A stretch of DNA of 64,000 bases. Source: Bispira polyomma (taxonomy: Eukaryota). Positions within the stretch are counted from its first letter, which is position 1. Every line of letters begins with the position of its first letter. Made by a program: the position numbers and the translations under genes. Below are positions 24,925 to 37,684 of this stretch, piece after piece. The notes beneath the pieces are model-generated. The model did not search any database, was not told where the DNA came from, and worked only from the letters and a program-made list of their open reading frames with translations. The stretch is taken from positions 32,984,001 to 33,048,000 of the forward strand of contig OZ287750.1 in assembly GCA_965649765.1 (NCBI GenBank). Direction: 5' to 3'.

Positions 24925-25105
24925 ATTCGCGACCTCAAGAGAATCGGAAAACATCTATCCCATTAAACTGCTATAGTCACAGCAAATACACTCATAAGTA
25001 GTCGATTGGATTACTGCAATTGTGTGCCGGATCTGGCATCAATACGACTCCTTCACTTAAAATGCTTCATTGGCTACCTGTCAAGTATCGCATAATTTTC
25101 CAGAC
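24925..25105 (+). mobile_element. Decayed L2-type RT C-terminal fragment
   Basis: Remnant translations RDLKRIGKHL, SSRLDYCN, LHWLPVKYRIIF. Confidence 0.65.
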
Positions 25106-25501
25106 CAATGTTATGGACCTTATAGAATAATTTATCAACCAATATAAGACCCATCTCTTCACCTTCACTTACCCTCCTAGACATCTTTCTTAAGGCTTTA
25201 GTAACGTAAACGCACAAATGCGCAGCTTGTATATATACTGCACTTACGAAAATATTTTAACCATAATTACCCACTATGGCAGCCTTAAAATAGGTCTTTA
25301 GTGACAGTTTTAAGCAGTTTTACATGCAAATACCATTTAAAAGTTCACTATTTTGTTGAAAAGTGGTTAAAACACAAATATAACAATTTGTGTATAATGA
25401 CGTCACACAATTTGAACTATATAGTGGAACGTCATATTTGTAACAATTCTCGCAGAGAGACCCTTCTATTGTGAAACAATACGAGTATTAATCCAGCATA
25501 T

Positions 25502-25691
25502 ATCTAATCTAATCTAATCTAGTCGTACTTTTATAGCGCTTAATCTTTGTACAACAAATTCTAAGGCGCAACAAACCCAAAACGTTAATCGCAAATCAAA
25601 AATAGTGGGCGGATGGAAGTCGTAACCAGGGAGACTACTGTAGATGGTTGCGACGGCTAAGGTGGAAAAGCCTGTTCAAAAAGATAGGCCT
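25502..25691 (-). mobile_element. Short 3'-end fragment of the same LINE family as 12346-15357
   Basis: (tctaa)n then gtcgtacttttatagcgcttaatctttgtacaacaaattctaaggcgcaac, the reverse complement of ~15290-15360; extends to the AYLFEQAFPP codons. Confidence 0.9.
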
Positions 25692-27335
25692 AGACCTATA
25701 AAGATATTATAAAGGCTACACAACTTTAACAATCATGTATATTGTTTTGAATGAATTACATTTTAAAATATGTATCATTATGTTATATAAACGAAGAATA
25801 CAAAGTATCTTTCTATTTAGAAGAGTGTAACTTTAAAGTTTTACTAAAATTATCCCCGTTTTTGTACTTTTATTAAAAAACGAATTCATTCAAAATATTG
25901 GTAATGTTTTCTTTTTTCTAGTCATGTACAATACTTCAGTATTGATCCCTTTTTGGTATATGAATTGTGTCACGTTTGTGAAGCATGTACTTTGAAAATA
26001 TTACCCATTTTAGTTACAATTTTACACACTGCTATATGCATTGTATGTCTCAAAATATGTATTAAAATGACACATAAAATATATGAATTAGTATCTAATT
26101 AAAATAGATGTCATGCTTTATTATTTCCACCAATGAAAATATAAATATGTTATCCATAAATCGAGTTTAAGGCCACAAAGAAAAAGTTGTACAGTTTCTG
26201 AGAAGCTCAAGGACGTGGTTATCCGCGATCGTTTTTTGTGTTTACGTCACTAAAGCCTTAAATCCACTTTACCTTCCTATCACAAATTTGCTTTGGAAAT
26301 GGACTATGATTTTAACAACCTATAGTCAATGATGCTGCTCTTTAGAAGATGTCTGGCATCAATCAGGCGTGTTAAAAATCTATCATATCAGTATATTATT
26401 ATCTCGGTCAGCCTGACTCCCTTAGTAAATCTTCTAACAAACTTGGGGGTGGTGATATGATAGTAGGGTAAGGAGATACCAAATGTATATATACAGGATG
26501 ATATTATACAGGATCAATACTTCAATCTTGCATCTCTTCAGTAATAATTTGTTGGAATAAATCTATGATACCCCACCCTTTACCAAGTTTGAAAGTTTCT
26601 TTGAATTATCTGTGTTGTCATTACATTCCCATTACAATGCAGGTTCTATAAGCTAGGACAAAGGAAAAACATTGGAAACAGGATTTTATATATCTGACAT
26701 GATAGATAAACAATTATTGCAGACATGTTAGCAACCCTTTTTAAAATACATCACTTCTAACGGCAGAAGCCACAGGCATGTATCTATTAATAGTAACACA
26801 CCTGTGTTGTTGTTACGGGGATCGTAGGTCACACCTCCAATGTACTGATGGAAATATTAAGTGGGTCGTCATTGTGGACTCCTGCAACAGTGATATGTCA
26901 AAGCAACATCGCAATTGACGTATTTATGACGTCATTTTTGCCCCTTCAAACCCATCCCTTTTGTGTGGCCAGCAACTGCATGGTATACAATCATTAGCCT
27001 CGATTGATTCTAACAATTTCTCCCATACAGAGTACTAAGTACTTGTTATTTGATCTTAAATGGTAACTATATGTTAGTAATTTGTATGCACATGTAGTAG
27101 AAGTACTTGTTGTTTTTTTCTTAAATAGTAACTATATGTTAGTAATGTTTATGCAGAATTTATTTACTAAACAAATCCCAGAAGGTTAATGTCACCGAAA
27201 TAAAGGAAGTAGTGGGCGAAAATAGAGAGATTGCGAAAACTGGTGTCTCGCGAAAACAGGTGCCTCGACGATATATTAGTAATTTGTATTTATATGTCAT
27301 ATGAGTACATGTTATTTTTGAATAAAAATTGTAAC

Positions 27336-28685
27336 GGATCGACTGTAGAATCCCCCTGACGGAAGTGGAAATATTATAATTAATTTAATTTGTGTAATTT
27401 ATGTGCATAAATTATGCAAATTAATTTGTCTAATATGGCAGAAAATGCAGTTACAGGTGGACAAGATGATAAAGTTATACATATGGAGCTTATGAGGTAG
27501 ATAGGTAGACAGGTCGACAAGGTAGACAAGGTAGACAATTTTTTTTTAAATTTTTTAATAAATGTTTATAAGTATTTTAGAAAATCTAAGGTAGACAGGT
27601 TGACAAGGTTGACAGGTCGACAAATTTTTTTTAAATTTTTAAATTATATTAGTAATTTGTATGCACAATTTTGTTTAAATATGAGTTCGGCTGAACTGTA
27701 GAATCCCCCTGACGGAAGTGAAGATATTATAATTAGAAAGATTTAATAATTTATTTGCATAAATAAATTGTGAAGATATTATAATTAGAAAGATTTAATA
27801 ATTAATTTGCATAAATAAATTTGATGTTATGTTGGAAAAATATTACGTTTTCCTAGGTCGACAAGGTTGACAAGGTTGACAAAATATATTTCATACTATA
27901 TATCTAAATATAATTGTTTCCTAGGTCGACAAGGTTGACAAAATTTTAGAGTAAATTATATATTACATACTTACAAAAGGTATACATGGTCGACAAGGTC
28001 GACAAGGTTGATATTATATATCTCTGGAAAGTATTATTGCTTTATAAGGTTGACAAGGTCGACAAAGTCTTCAATTAAACATTTTACAACAAGTATTATT
28101 CATTTATAAGGTTTACATGGTCTACAAGGTTGACAAGGTTGACAAGCTTTAATATTGCTTTAAAAGGTCCACAAGGTCAACAAAGTCTTAAATTACAATT
28201 GAACCAAAAATTTTCAACCTCTCTATCTCAATAACCTGAAATACTTATAAAAATGTATTAATCAATCGACTACCTTGTCGACCTTGTCAACCTGTCAACT
28301 TTGAAAATCTTATTGCAAATTGGTCAACCTTGTCGACCTTGTCAACCTGTCTACCTCAGTTTTCTGAAATACTTATAAACATTTATTAAAAAATTAAAAA
28401 AAATTTGTCGACCTTGTCAACCTGTCTACCTTAGATTTTCTAAAATACTTATAAACATTTATTAAAAAATTAAAAAAAAAATTTGTCTACCTTGTCTACC
28501 TTGTCGACCTGTCTACCTATCTACCTCATAAGCTCCATATGTATAACTATATCATCTTGTCAACCTGTAACTTCATTTTCTGCCATATTAGACAAAATAA
28601 TTTGCATAATTTATGCACATAAATTACACAAATTAAATTAATTATAATATTTCCACTTCCGTCAGGGGGATTCTACAGTCGATCC
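27336..28685. mobile_element. Foldback/long-TIR element with internal AAGGT(T/C/A)GAC 9-mer arrays
   Basis: GGATCGACTGTAGAATCCCCCTGACGGAAGTGG... at 27336 and its near-perfect reverse complement ending at 28685; arms ~275 bp; a third terminus-like copy at ~27690-27735. Confidence 0.85.
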
Positions 28686-28931
28686 ATGAGTTCATATGTT
28701 TGTAAATATTTGTTAACTCAATTAGGTGTAAAATTTAAGTATGTAGAGTGTAGAGTGCCTCATATGCCCAACTATTGGGCTGGCTGTCCGTTTTACTGTT
28801 TTTTTATGTATATAACACTGTAATTACAGGTGGCAAATAATTTTCTCTATCTCTAACTATACAATATTTCAAAGAGAATGATTTGAATTATCACACAATA
28901 AATTCTGCAATCTTAAGTGGCAATTGATTGG

Positions 28932-30487
28932 TAGAAGCGTTTATCAAATGATGATCCTAATATAGGCATATTTTGGACTTTGAACCTCTATAACTCCACC
29001 AGTTTTCAACATTTTTTAAATGTTAGTGGCTCAACTAATAGGTATGGCATTTATTTATGATTCCACCAAATATTATGGCCATTGTATGTATAGAAATACT
29101 TAATATGTTTATTTTTCCTTCTGTGATTGGGCCAAACCCAGCGATCAAACTATGACCCTATTTGTGGCCAAACGACAGTGTGAACTTTTTACTGCTTGTA
29201 TTTTATATGGTATGCTAAATATGGGACACTATTGCCAATTCAGTATTATACGTAATATTGTATGTACAGAAAGATGAGGGAAAAAAGGCAAAAATATGAA
29301 AAAACACATGTATTCTAAATAATTCTACTGTTTATTTACACATAGCATATTGTATTCAATGGCTGATCTATTTTTGTCATTGTAAATGTTGTAGCCCAAC
29401 TTACAATTTGGCCAACCTTAAGATGAGCTATAGCCCAACTTAGGATTATAAGTTTGCCAGCCTGTCTTAAAATGGACCACCAGCCCATCTTACTAAAACC
29501 TCAGAAAATATCTGAAATAAAAATTTTCAGAAAACTAGCAAAACTTGAGATTGGATTAAGATTGAAAACTAGCCCAACTTGAGATTTTATACGCTAGCCG
29601 TTCTGTCTCTTTTCGTGAGTCTGTCAACATATCAGCAAGGAATCTCGCAAAATAGGGACAGATTATTCAATCTATGCATTGTAGTAAAGTGCAATAAAAA
29701 ATTGAATTGTGATTGCTAATTGTAATTATGACTTTATGCTGTCTATATAAATCAAACCCTACAGTGTCATACACTGCAAGTCAAGATGGCTACTTGTAAA
29801 GTTAAAAACTATTTTTCTATGTTATGTTCCTGCGTATAATGTTCCAATCTCAAGTTGGGCTAGTTTTCAATCTTAATCCAATCTCAAGTTTTGCTAATTT
29901 TCCTGGCCAATCTTAAGATTGGCAAGTAAGATGGGCTGGTGGTCCATCTTAAGATAGGCTGGCAAACTTATAAGCCTAAGTTGGGCTATAGCTTATCTTA
30001 AGGTTGGCCAAATTGTAAGTTGGGCTACAACATTTTTACAATGACAAAAATAAATCAGCCATTGAATAGAATATGCTATATATAAATAAATAGTAGAAAT
30101 ATTTAGAATACATGTGTGTTTTCCATTTTTGCTTTTCTTTTCTCCCCTTACTGTACATAAAATATTACGTATAATACTGAATTGGCAATATTGTCCCATA
30201 TTTGGCGTAACATATAAAATGCAGCAGTGAAAAGTTCACACTGTCACTTGGCCACAAATAGGATCATAGTTTGATCGCTGGGTTTAGCCCAATCACAGAA
30301 GGAAAAATAAACATATTAAATATTTCTATACATACAATGGCCATAATATTTGGTGGAATCATAAATAAATGCCATACCTATTAGTTGAGCCACTAACATT
30401 TAAAAAATGTTGAAAACTTGGAGAGTTATAGAGGTTCAAAGTCCAAAATATGCCTAAATTAGGATCATCATTTGATAAATGATTCTA
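28932..30487. repeat. Large palindrome: ~650-bp inverted arms with ~260-bp spacer
   Basis: 28932-29586 is the reverse complement of 29846-30487 (e.g. tttatcaaatgatgatcctaa / ttaggatcatcatttgataaa; tagcccaactt motifs). Confidence 0.9.
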
Positions 30488-30903
30488 ATAAAGTATGAAA
30501 ACTCTGCCTTTAAAAATTTTTAAAGTCTCTTTCAGATATTATATATAGATCATGATTTCTCTAGATTCCTAGCATGCCTGTATACGTGTGAGAAAAAAGA
30601 ACTGCCTCCAAATACTTTGTTTGCACAAATCAAGTAAAAAAAGTACAGATGTAGGTTAACTACTTGTTTTCCAGAACCGACCTTGGGTTGCTCAGGTAAT
30701 CAGTTGAGTTGTTTGTTTATTGATTTTAGTAATTCCTTAAAACTCTGATAAACTACAGAGTTGCTCCTAATTACAGTTAGTGCATTGTATTAAACTGCAA
30801 TACAATTACATAGACTATGGTACTTTCCTTTATGTCAAACTATGTTAGAACCTACAGTTCATTGTATTGATGTATTTTATCTTTGACAATATTATTTATA
30901 CTA

Positions 30904-31396
30904 TACGGAAGCTTATAAGGGTTAGTGAAAATAACTAAATGTATCTCATAATTACGATAAGCGATTTCGTAATGACCACACAGTAAGTCGTAATTACCAC
31001 AGAGTAAGTTGTAATTACGACATAGCTTATGTAGACTATACCTGCTTTCTTTTACTATGCTTAATATCTTATATTCTGTGAAACTTGCCCATGTAACCAA
31101 CATTAAAGGACGACCCTTGGTTATCAATGTTAATATACAAATATAAACCCTATTTCTATTGTTTTGATGAGGGTGTTATTACTGATATCAACCACCAATA
31201 AATGTGGCTGGGCGTTATCCTAATGTCCAGGGTGTTATCCTGATATTTAGCATAATAATGCCATGAGTATTTTCACAAATATGTCATAATTACAACTTAC
31301 AATGTTGTATTTACGACATAATTACGACTTGCTTTATTGTAATTATGACATAATTTATTTTTCATTCACTGATTCTTATATATATAAGCTTCCATA
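30904..31396. mobile_element. MITE with TIRs and internal taattacga repeats
   Basis: TACGGAAGCTTATA ... TATAAGCTTCCATA termini; sub-terminal cataattacga motifs at both ends. Confidence 0.65.
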
Positions 31397-32454
31397 CTGT
31401 TACACTTACTACCCCTGGACATTAAACCTGTTACCCCCATACCAGTTATGTGATTCTTTTGGGACAGTATGAATTGTTTACTCGGACATGTTTTTAATCC
31501 GGATGACAAACTCATTCATAGTGTAATATCAACATATATATATATAAGACATGTTTTGGTTGTGTTGAACACCAGTTGCATTCTAAACATAGTATTTGCA
31601 GTAATATGGTGTTAAAGAAGGAAGGAGAAAGCCACCTGGTTATGTAGTTAACTAGCAGAACAAATTAACTGTTCACTGTTAACTGTCAGAAGAGTAAGAT
31701 AAAAACAAGCTGACTAACATAAAGATACTTTTAGGTAGTGGTTCTTCAAGAGAGATAAGACCGAATTAGCAGCTACCTTGGTATGCTTCTCAATCACAGA
31801 CACCTGAATGGAAACATACAAACTGTAACTAACTGTAACACTGAAAGAAAACTGTAACTGAATATCCATAGCAGGTGACACATAATTAGTTGGCGATTAT
31901 ATTGGTAATTATATACATCTGATGGTAGCTGAATAATACACTAGTGATTCCAAGAGGGATTTTGGGTTTTGTCGCATTAGAAACTTTTTGGTATTTGTTT
32001 CACTCTTTCTATTAATATACTTATTATTTAGGTATATCTTATAAATATTTAACTAGTATTTAGACGCAATAAGAATATCTAGTTAAATCCCAATTGGCTG
32101 TATGCAACTAATATATAAAGTAGTTATTAGAATGACAATTAGTGATTGTTAATTGCCTGGACTTCTGCAGCCAAGAAGAGATTAATTAGCAATTTGAAAA
32201 CAAGAGAAAAATAGATACTGTGCTGAGCATAAATTTGAATAACAAATATGAGTGTTATAGTTAAGATGCCATTACCTGTAGGATTCTGTTGCTTAATGCT
32301 GAGCTACCAAATTGTTAATCTGAAGGAGCTTTGCAAAATAAATAGAACCACAAAAACATACACGTCATACACTTTTGTAATAAATGTTATGTTCATTTTT
32401 ATATATCTTTAATGTGTTCTATATGCCATAAACCTAAACCTCTGAAATCTAATT

Positions 32455-32895
32455 ATAATAACAATAATTGAAGCATTTATAGAGTGCCAAATTGAGGAGA
32501 ACATCCTCTAAGGTGCTGGTATCCAAAAAGGGAGATAAAGCAAAAGGTTGGTACAACAGTATCCAACCGTGAAGAGACTAAGGAGGGTTAGTCTAAAAAG
32601 GTATGTTTTGATAAGGCTTTAAAAATCAGTGATTGTATTGTGTGATCTGACAGTCTGTAAGAGCTTCTTCCATTCATACAGCCAGCAGTACCTACACATT
32701 TCCACATTTAGGTTTAGGAAATAGAGAGGCAGCTTTTAATCAGCATAAGGCCAATAGACTTCATAAGTGAGGACAAATAAGGTTTGTTGAGTTTAATAGC
32801 TTTGAAGGCAAGAAGGTTGTATTTAAAAAGAAAACTCTCTGCGGCAGGTAGCCAGTGAAGTTTGTTTGGGTATGGTGAGACATGCCTGAATTTTT
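32455..32895 (-). mobile_element. Decayed L2-type 3' fragment
   Basis: HVSPYPNKLHWLP...FKYNLLAFKA remnant; KTYLF codons near 32600; L2-like 3' tail. Confidence 0.65.
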
Positions 32896-35866
32896 GAAGT
32901 ACGTTTGCTTCTACACAATATGGCAGACAGCGTTTTAGACTCTTTGGAGCCTTATGATCATACATTCACAACCAGCTGAAGACAGATACTTGGGCATGAT
33001 CATTTATCGATTACTTTATTGTCCATTAGGGTGCCACAGGAGATAGGATCCAATGACAAAAGTTGTCAAGGTATGATCCATTGACGGATGGAACCCAGGT
33101 TCTCTGCATTCCAAAGCACTGCAATTCTTTGTTAAAGCTTCACCTTAGCTTGATGTAGACCGTGGAACACTATAGAAGTGGATGTGATATTGTCACACAG
33201 TACATACAAACAACTGTGTAACAGACTGTACAACTGTATAAACATCTTTACTCTTAGTCCTTGAAATTAATTGGGCTATGTACAAACAATTCAGGCAGAA
33301 AGAACGTTCAAATGGGATTAACATTAAAATTAAACTCTTATTTAATTATTTTTGTTCTTTCTGCCTTAATTGTTTGTACAAAGCCCATACATCAAATCAA
33401 TGACTTATTTAAGCATCTGCTTTTTTCTATAGCGTAAATATTCCCTTTTATGCTATATTTATAATGAGATGTTTTGGTGAATAATATCTGTGCACACTGT
33501 ACTAGGTGATTTTGATGCACAAAAGTGTATGTATATTACATTGAAGATGTAGCCATTCGTGACATAACTAGATGGTGAGATAATGTAAAAGTAGTTTTGG
33601 TATGATACTCAAAGTTACAATACTAAATAATGAGTTAAACTAAGGAGTCTTGTAAACATAAACATATTTTGAAATAAACCTGGACTCCTAACCCAATTGT
33701 AACACTATTTTTAATATATTAACGTTGCAGTACAGGTAAAGAAGTAATTTGTTTGGGGTGAGATGTGTAATTAATCCTTCACAAACTTGCTTTATATAAA
33801 ACAGTTCCAGTAATGTGTATAAGACCTAAAACTGAGGTATATAACCCTGATACAGGCGGTCTCTGACCTTTTGATCAGTCTATCTACAAATACCTGGCGG
33901 CACACAGACTCCTTTAAAATACAACAATAACACTGGCTTACACTCCCCACAACAATGGCTTTCAATCCCTACTTCAGGACTTATAGTAATTTATGGTGAT
34001 CCCAGGTTGTTTTAATATGACTTCAACACTTCAGGTTCTAAGAATTTTGCCTCAAGGTGAACATGTTTTGTTGTTGCTTTAATGTCTTCTTTTATCATAA
34101 ATTTATACTTACAACTCCTTAGGGAAAGTATTAGACATGTCTTATCAAGGGTTTATGTAGGTTTACATATATTGGTCACTTTCTATGATGCAATCAATTA
34201 ATATAAATAAAACTAATCTGGTCATAGTGATAGGAATCTGCTACAGTTTAAAAACACACTTTATGTGTAAATGTATCATTATCTTACTAAGCTCACTTAT
34301 GAAACCATTAGCCTTGTCCATTTTACCTGTGTAAATCACACTCCCAATTACAAGATGGGAATGAATCCTTGTAATTTTTTAAATGTTTTTGGTAATCCTC
34401 TGGTGAAGACACTTCAACTGTGTATATCACATATATTCTATATACACTCTTTTTTACACACAATGCAAACTTCTTTCTTTGTGTATACTCAACACTACAA
34501 AAACTTTTGACAGCTGGCGACGATCACTTAACCCCTCCCATAAAATTCTGCTATCTTAAACTCCTCCATTACATCTAGCCTTATACACTAATATTTGGCT
34601 CTATGCTCAACAACAAAAAATGTAAACCTTAAACTCGAGGCCTATTAGAAAAAAGACTATGTGGAAATATATCTTCAACGAAATAAACCTTTTCATGTAA
34701 CCATTTGTTTTCACAGAGCTGTGGGGAGAAAATGGTTCTTAATGGCAGGCTAATTGTTTTAATAGAACCTCTTTTGCAGAAATGTCAAGTTCATTGATGA
34801 CCCCTACTACCACATTAATTTAATGTAGGTTTCGAGACTATCAAAAACCATCAAAACAATTGAATTAATTATACTAAGTTTTTAACTTAAGTCTGACATT
34901 TGGCAGGTAAAAACCCTACTTAAACTTTTGTTTTGTAATTAGAAAATGCGATAAAGCAACTGTGTATAGTTCTCCTACTGAGTAACAGTCTTCTATAAAT
35001 AATACAATGGACACATGTTTTTTCTACCAACACCTCATGTCGCTTCCACTTATTTCTTGTAGAGCTCAGTTACAAATTCAACTTACTTGCCTACATACCC
35101 TGTGAAAAGTTACCGTAATCTGTAAGGTAAAGATTCTAAATTCTGAAGATCAGAAATAAAAAAAATACCAGGTAATAAAAAAGGTTTCATAAGTAACTAA
35201 ATGTATTATGGTAAAATATTTTAACCTCGTAACTTTCTTATAAGTTGGTCAACAATATATATTTAAATTTCGATTCCCCCCCCCCCCCCCCCAATCCTGT
35301 GAAAAACCCTTCTCTGTTAGAAATGGTAATGCCAGGAATCTGGTAAAAAGCTCAACATCATTGACAGAAAACGACAGGTATATCAGTGGGTAATGGCATG
35401 TTCATATTTTGCCCAAAGATAATCCTTATGACGTTACCGACAGTTGAACCCGGGACCTTTTGATCACAATCTGCAACCACCAAGCCACAGGAGATGACAA
35501 ATAAATGAGATATTTATATGGCCTATGTTAAATATAAATATCTTCCCAATTTAATTGTTATATTGACTGATAATAATATTATTGGCTGGTTTGTTCATTT
35601 TCTGTGTTTGTTAACTCAACAAATTTGTTATCAAGTATAATGCTTTGTGACTGATAATTACATCTATCTGGGCAACATATACCAGACAACTTGTTACATA
35701 ACAAACAATCTTCTAGCAGACAACAATGTGTTGACATTTGGTCACTGTACATACAGAACAGTGTTTTAGGTCAACTATCTCAGGTGATAGCCAAATTAAA
35801 CAACTGGTGTGCCAAAGAATGCACATACCTGTTACCATGAAGGTAGATAGGATAGGTGCTTGAGAC

Positions 35867-35904
35867 TATATATAAATGCATTGTAACCCTGTCACTTCAC
35901 AGTT
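35867..35904 (+). promoter_or_regulatory. TATA box and initiator of array gene copy 1
   Basis: TATATATAAA at 35867-35876 and CAGTT ~30 bp downstream (35900-35904); equivalent TATATATA at 49346, 55801 and 61515 in the other copies. Confidence 0.7.
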
Positions 35905-35950
35905 CAATCATATCTTAGTGTTGAATACACATAACAAACCACTTGACAGA

Positions 35951-36676
35951 ATGAAGCTGTTGTTGGTAGTTCTAGCTATTGTGGCTGTAGCTTCGGCAAG
36001 TATAAAAGAGACCAGGCATGTGAAAGAAGAAAAACATTATGGTGAACATGAGGTATCTTATAAGAAGCAATATTCTTATCATGGGAAATATGATGGTAAA
36101 TGTAATAAGGATGGATTTTACTACAAAGATGCAGATAACTTTGTCATTTGCAGTAATAGCAATGCCTATGTCCAACCTTGCGCACCAGGAAGTAGAAACT
36201 CAGGTTATGAAAGCTTCAACTCTGGTGCTTCCTATTACTATCGAGACTTTTGTGACATTAACCTGGTTGATCATGGTTCTCGTGTAAACCATTATGGAAG
36301 CCCTGATAAGAACTCATATTATGGTGGAGCAAAGTATGAAGTGTCTAACAGCAAGCAATATGCTTACCAGGGGAAATATGGAGGCAAGTGTGATAATGAT
36401 GGCTTATATTACAGAGATGATGATAGCTTTGTTATCTGCAGCAACTACAATGCTTATGTACAGCCCTGTGCTCCAGGAACACGCAACTCTGGCTACACCA
36501 ACTACTATCCAGGATCTGCTTATTATTACCATGACTTCTGTGATGTCAACCTTGTAGATCATGGCTATGATGCACACTATGGTGGATATGTCAACAAAGG
36601 TATTAAATATGGAAGACCTGATGTTCACAAAAGGCAAGACCAATACACAGAGTCCGGTGATAGATATAGTAGATAG
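35951..36676 (+). CDS. Secreted Tyr/Gly-rich protein with two 4-Cys chitin-binding(CBM14)-like repeats, copy 1 (241 aa, intronless)
   Basis: Signal peptide MKLLLVVLAIVAVASA; two 96-aa repeats C-x15-C-x9-C-x23-C (C..DG.YY...FVIC...AYVQPCAPG...FCD); 35 Tyr; TATA upstream; AATAAA at 36844. Confidence 0.88.
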   Translation: MKLLLVVLAIVAVASASIKETRHVKEEKHYGEHEVSYKKQYSYHGKYDGKCNKDGFYYKDADNFVICSNSNAYVQPCAPGSRNSGYESFNSGASYYYRDFCDINLVDHGSRVNHYGSPDKNSYYGGAKYEVSNSKQYAYQGKYGGKCDNDGLYYRDDDSFVICSNYNAYVQPCAPGTRNSGYTNYYPGSAYYYHDFCDVNLVDHGYDAHYGGYVNKGIKYGRPDVHKRQDQYTESGDRYSR

Positions 36677-36843
36677 GATACAACAGTACATGCCAGCTGA
36701 GACTACTCTGGAAAATCATATGGAAATTATCATTAGGTGTCCAATGTTTCCAGGGACACCACAGATGCTGTGTTTCTACAAAAACTTTTATAACATCAAA
36801 ATATGATTTAATTATTGATTAAAATTCATGTTTAAATTTGTAC

Positions 36844-36849
36844 AATAAA
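36844..36849 (+). terminator. Polyadenylation signal of copy 1
   Basis: TGTAC-AATAAA conserved ~170 bp after the stop in all four copies (36844, 50323, 56775, 62492). Confidence 0.7.
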
Positions 36850-37498
36850 TATTTCTGCCACTTATTTATTATTGATGCACCATTGTTGGGAAAATTGTAT
36901 CATATTAGAAACTTTTCCCCCATGTAATAAACATATATGGTATAAGAGTACTATCAGAACTGGTAAGTATTAAAGGTATCTGTACACATGAGAATTGTTG
37001 TCAGCTATGTACAAACCTTTGTAGGTTATAAATACTACATGACAAATATCTTGCAAATATTACTGATGGTTATGAATACAACAAAGTACATGCCAGCTCA
37101 GACTACTCTGGAAAATCATATGTAAATTATCATTAGGTCTAAAATGTTTCCAGGGACACCATAGATGCTGTGTTTCTACGAAAACTTTGAAGGTGAGTTA
37201 TAAATACTAGATGACAAATATTCTGCAAATATTACTAATGACACAAATAACATGTATTGCATAGACAGGTAAACTTATGTGAAGCAGAGGCTGTATGGCC
37301 AGTCTAGTGCTCCTATTTAACACAATATACCAATATTAAACATTATATCAAGATTGTCTTAAAAACATGAATCAATATGACAAATCAATAATCTTTGGCT
37401 AAACTAAACTACCAAGCTGATCAAGGTCAAGTTTACGAATGCAGATACAAGAGTGTTGAGACTATTAAAACTGATTCTTAGGTTTTTCAATGTACATA

Positions 37499-37684
37499 CG
37501 GTAGAACCTCTATTATCCGACCATATTGGGAGAGTGAGAATTTGTTTGGATAATAGAAGGTCCGTAAAATAGAAGGGGCATTTTAGTATAAAACAATAGC
37601 AAAAAATAAGTTTGAGAGAATGAAATTGAGTCCGTAAAATCGAATATTCGGATAATAGAGGGTCGGATAATAGAGGTTCTACTG
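37499..37684. mobile_element. Tc1/mariner-pogo-type MITE (186 bp), TA TSD
   Basis: TIR CGGTAGAACCTCTATTATCCGACC / GGTCGGATAATAGAGGTTCTACTG flanked by TA; paralogous empty site tgtacatatgta in units 2 and 3. Confidence 0.92.

Noticed and set aside
35972-36806. Alternative-frame Met/Ile/Thr-rich ORFs and antisense ORFs overlapping every array gene
   Set aside because: Expected by-product of abundant NAT/NAC codons (Tyr, Asp, Asn, His) followed by G; their recurrence only reflects paralogy.
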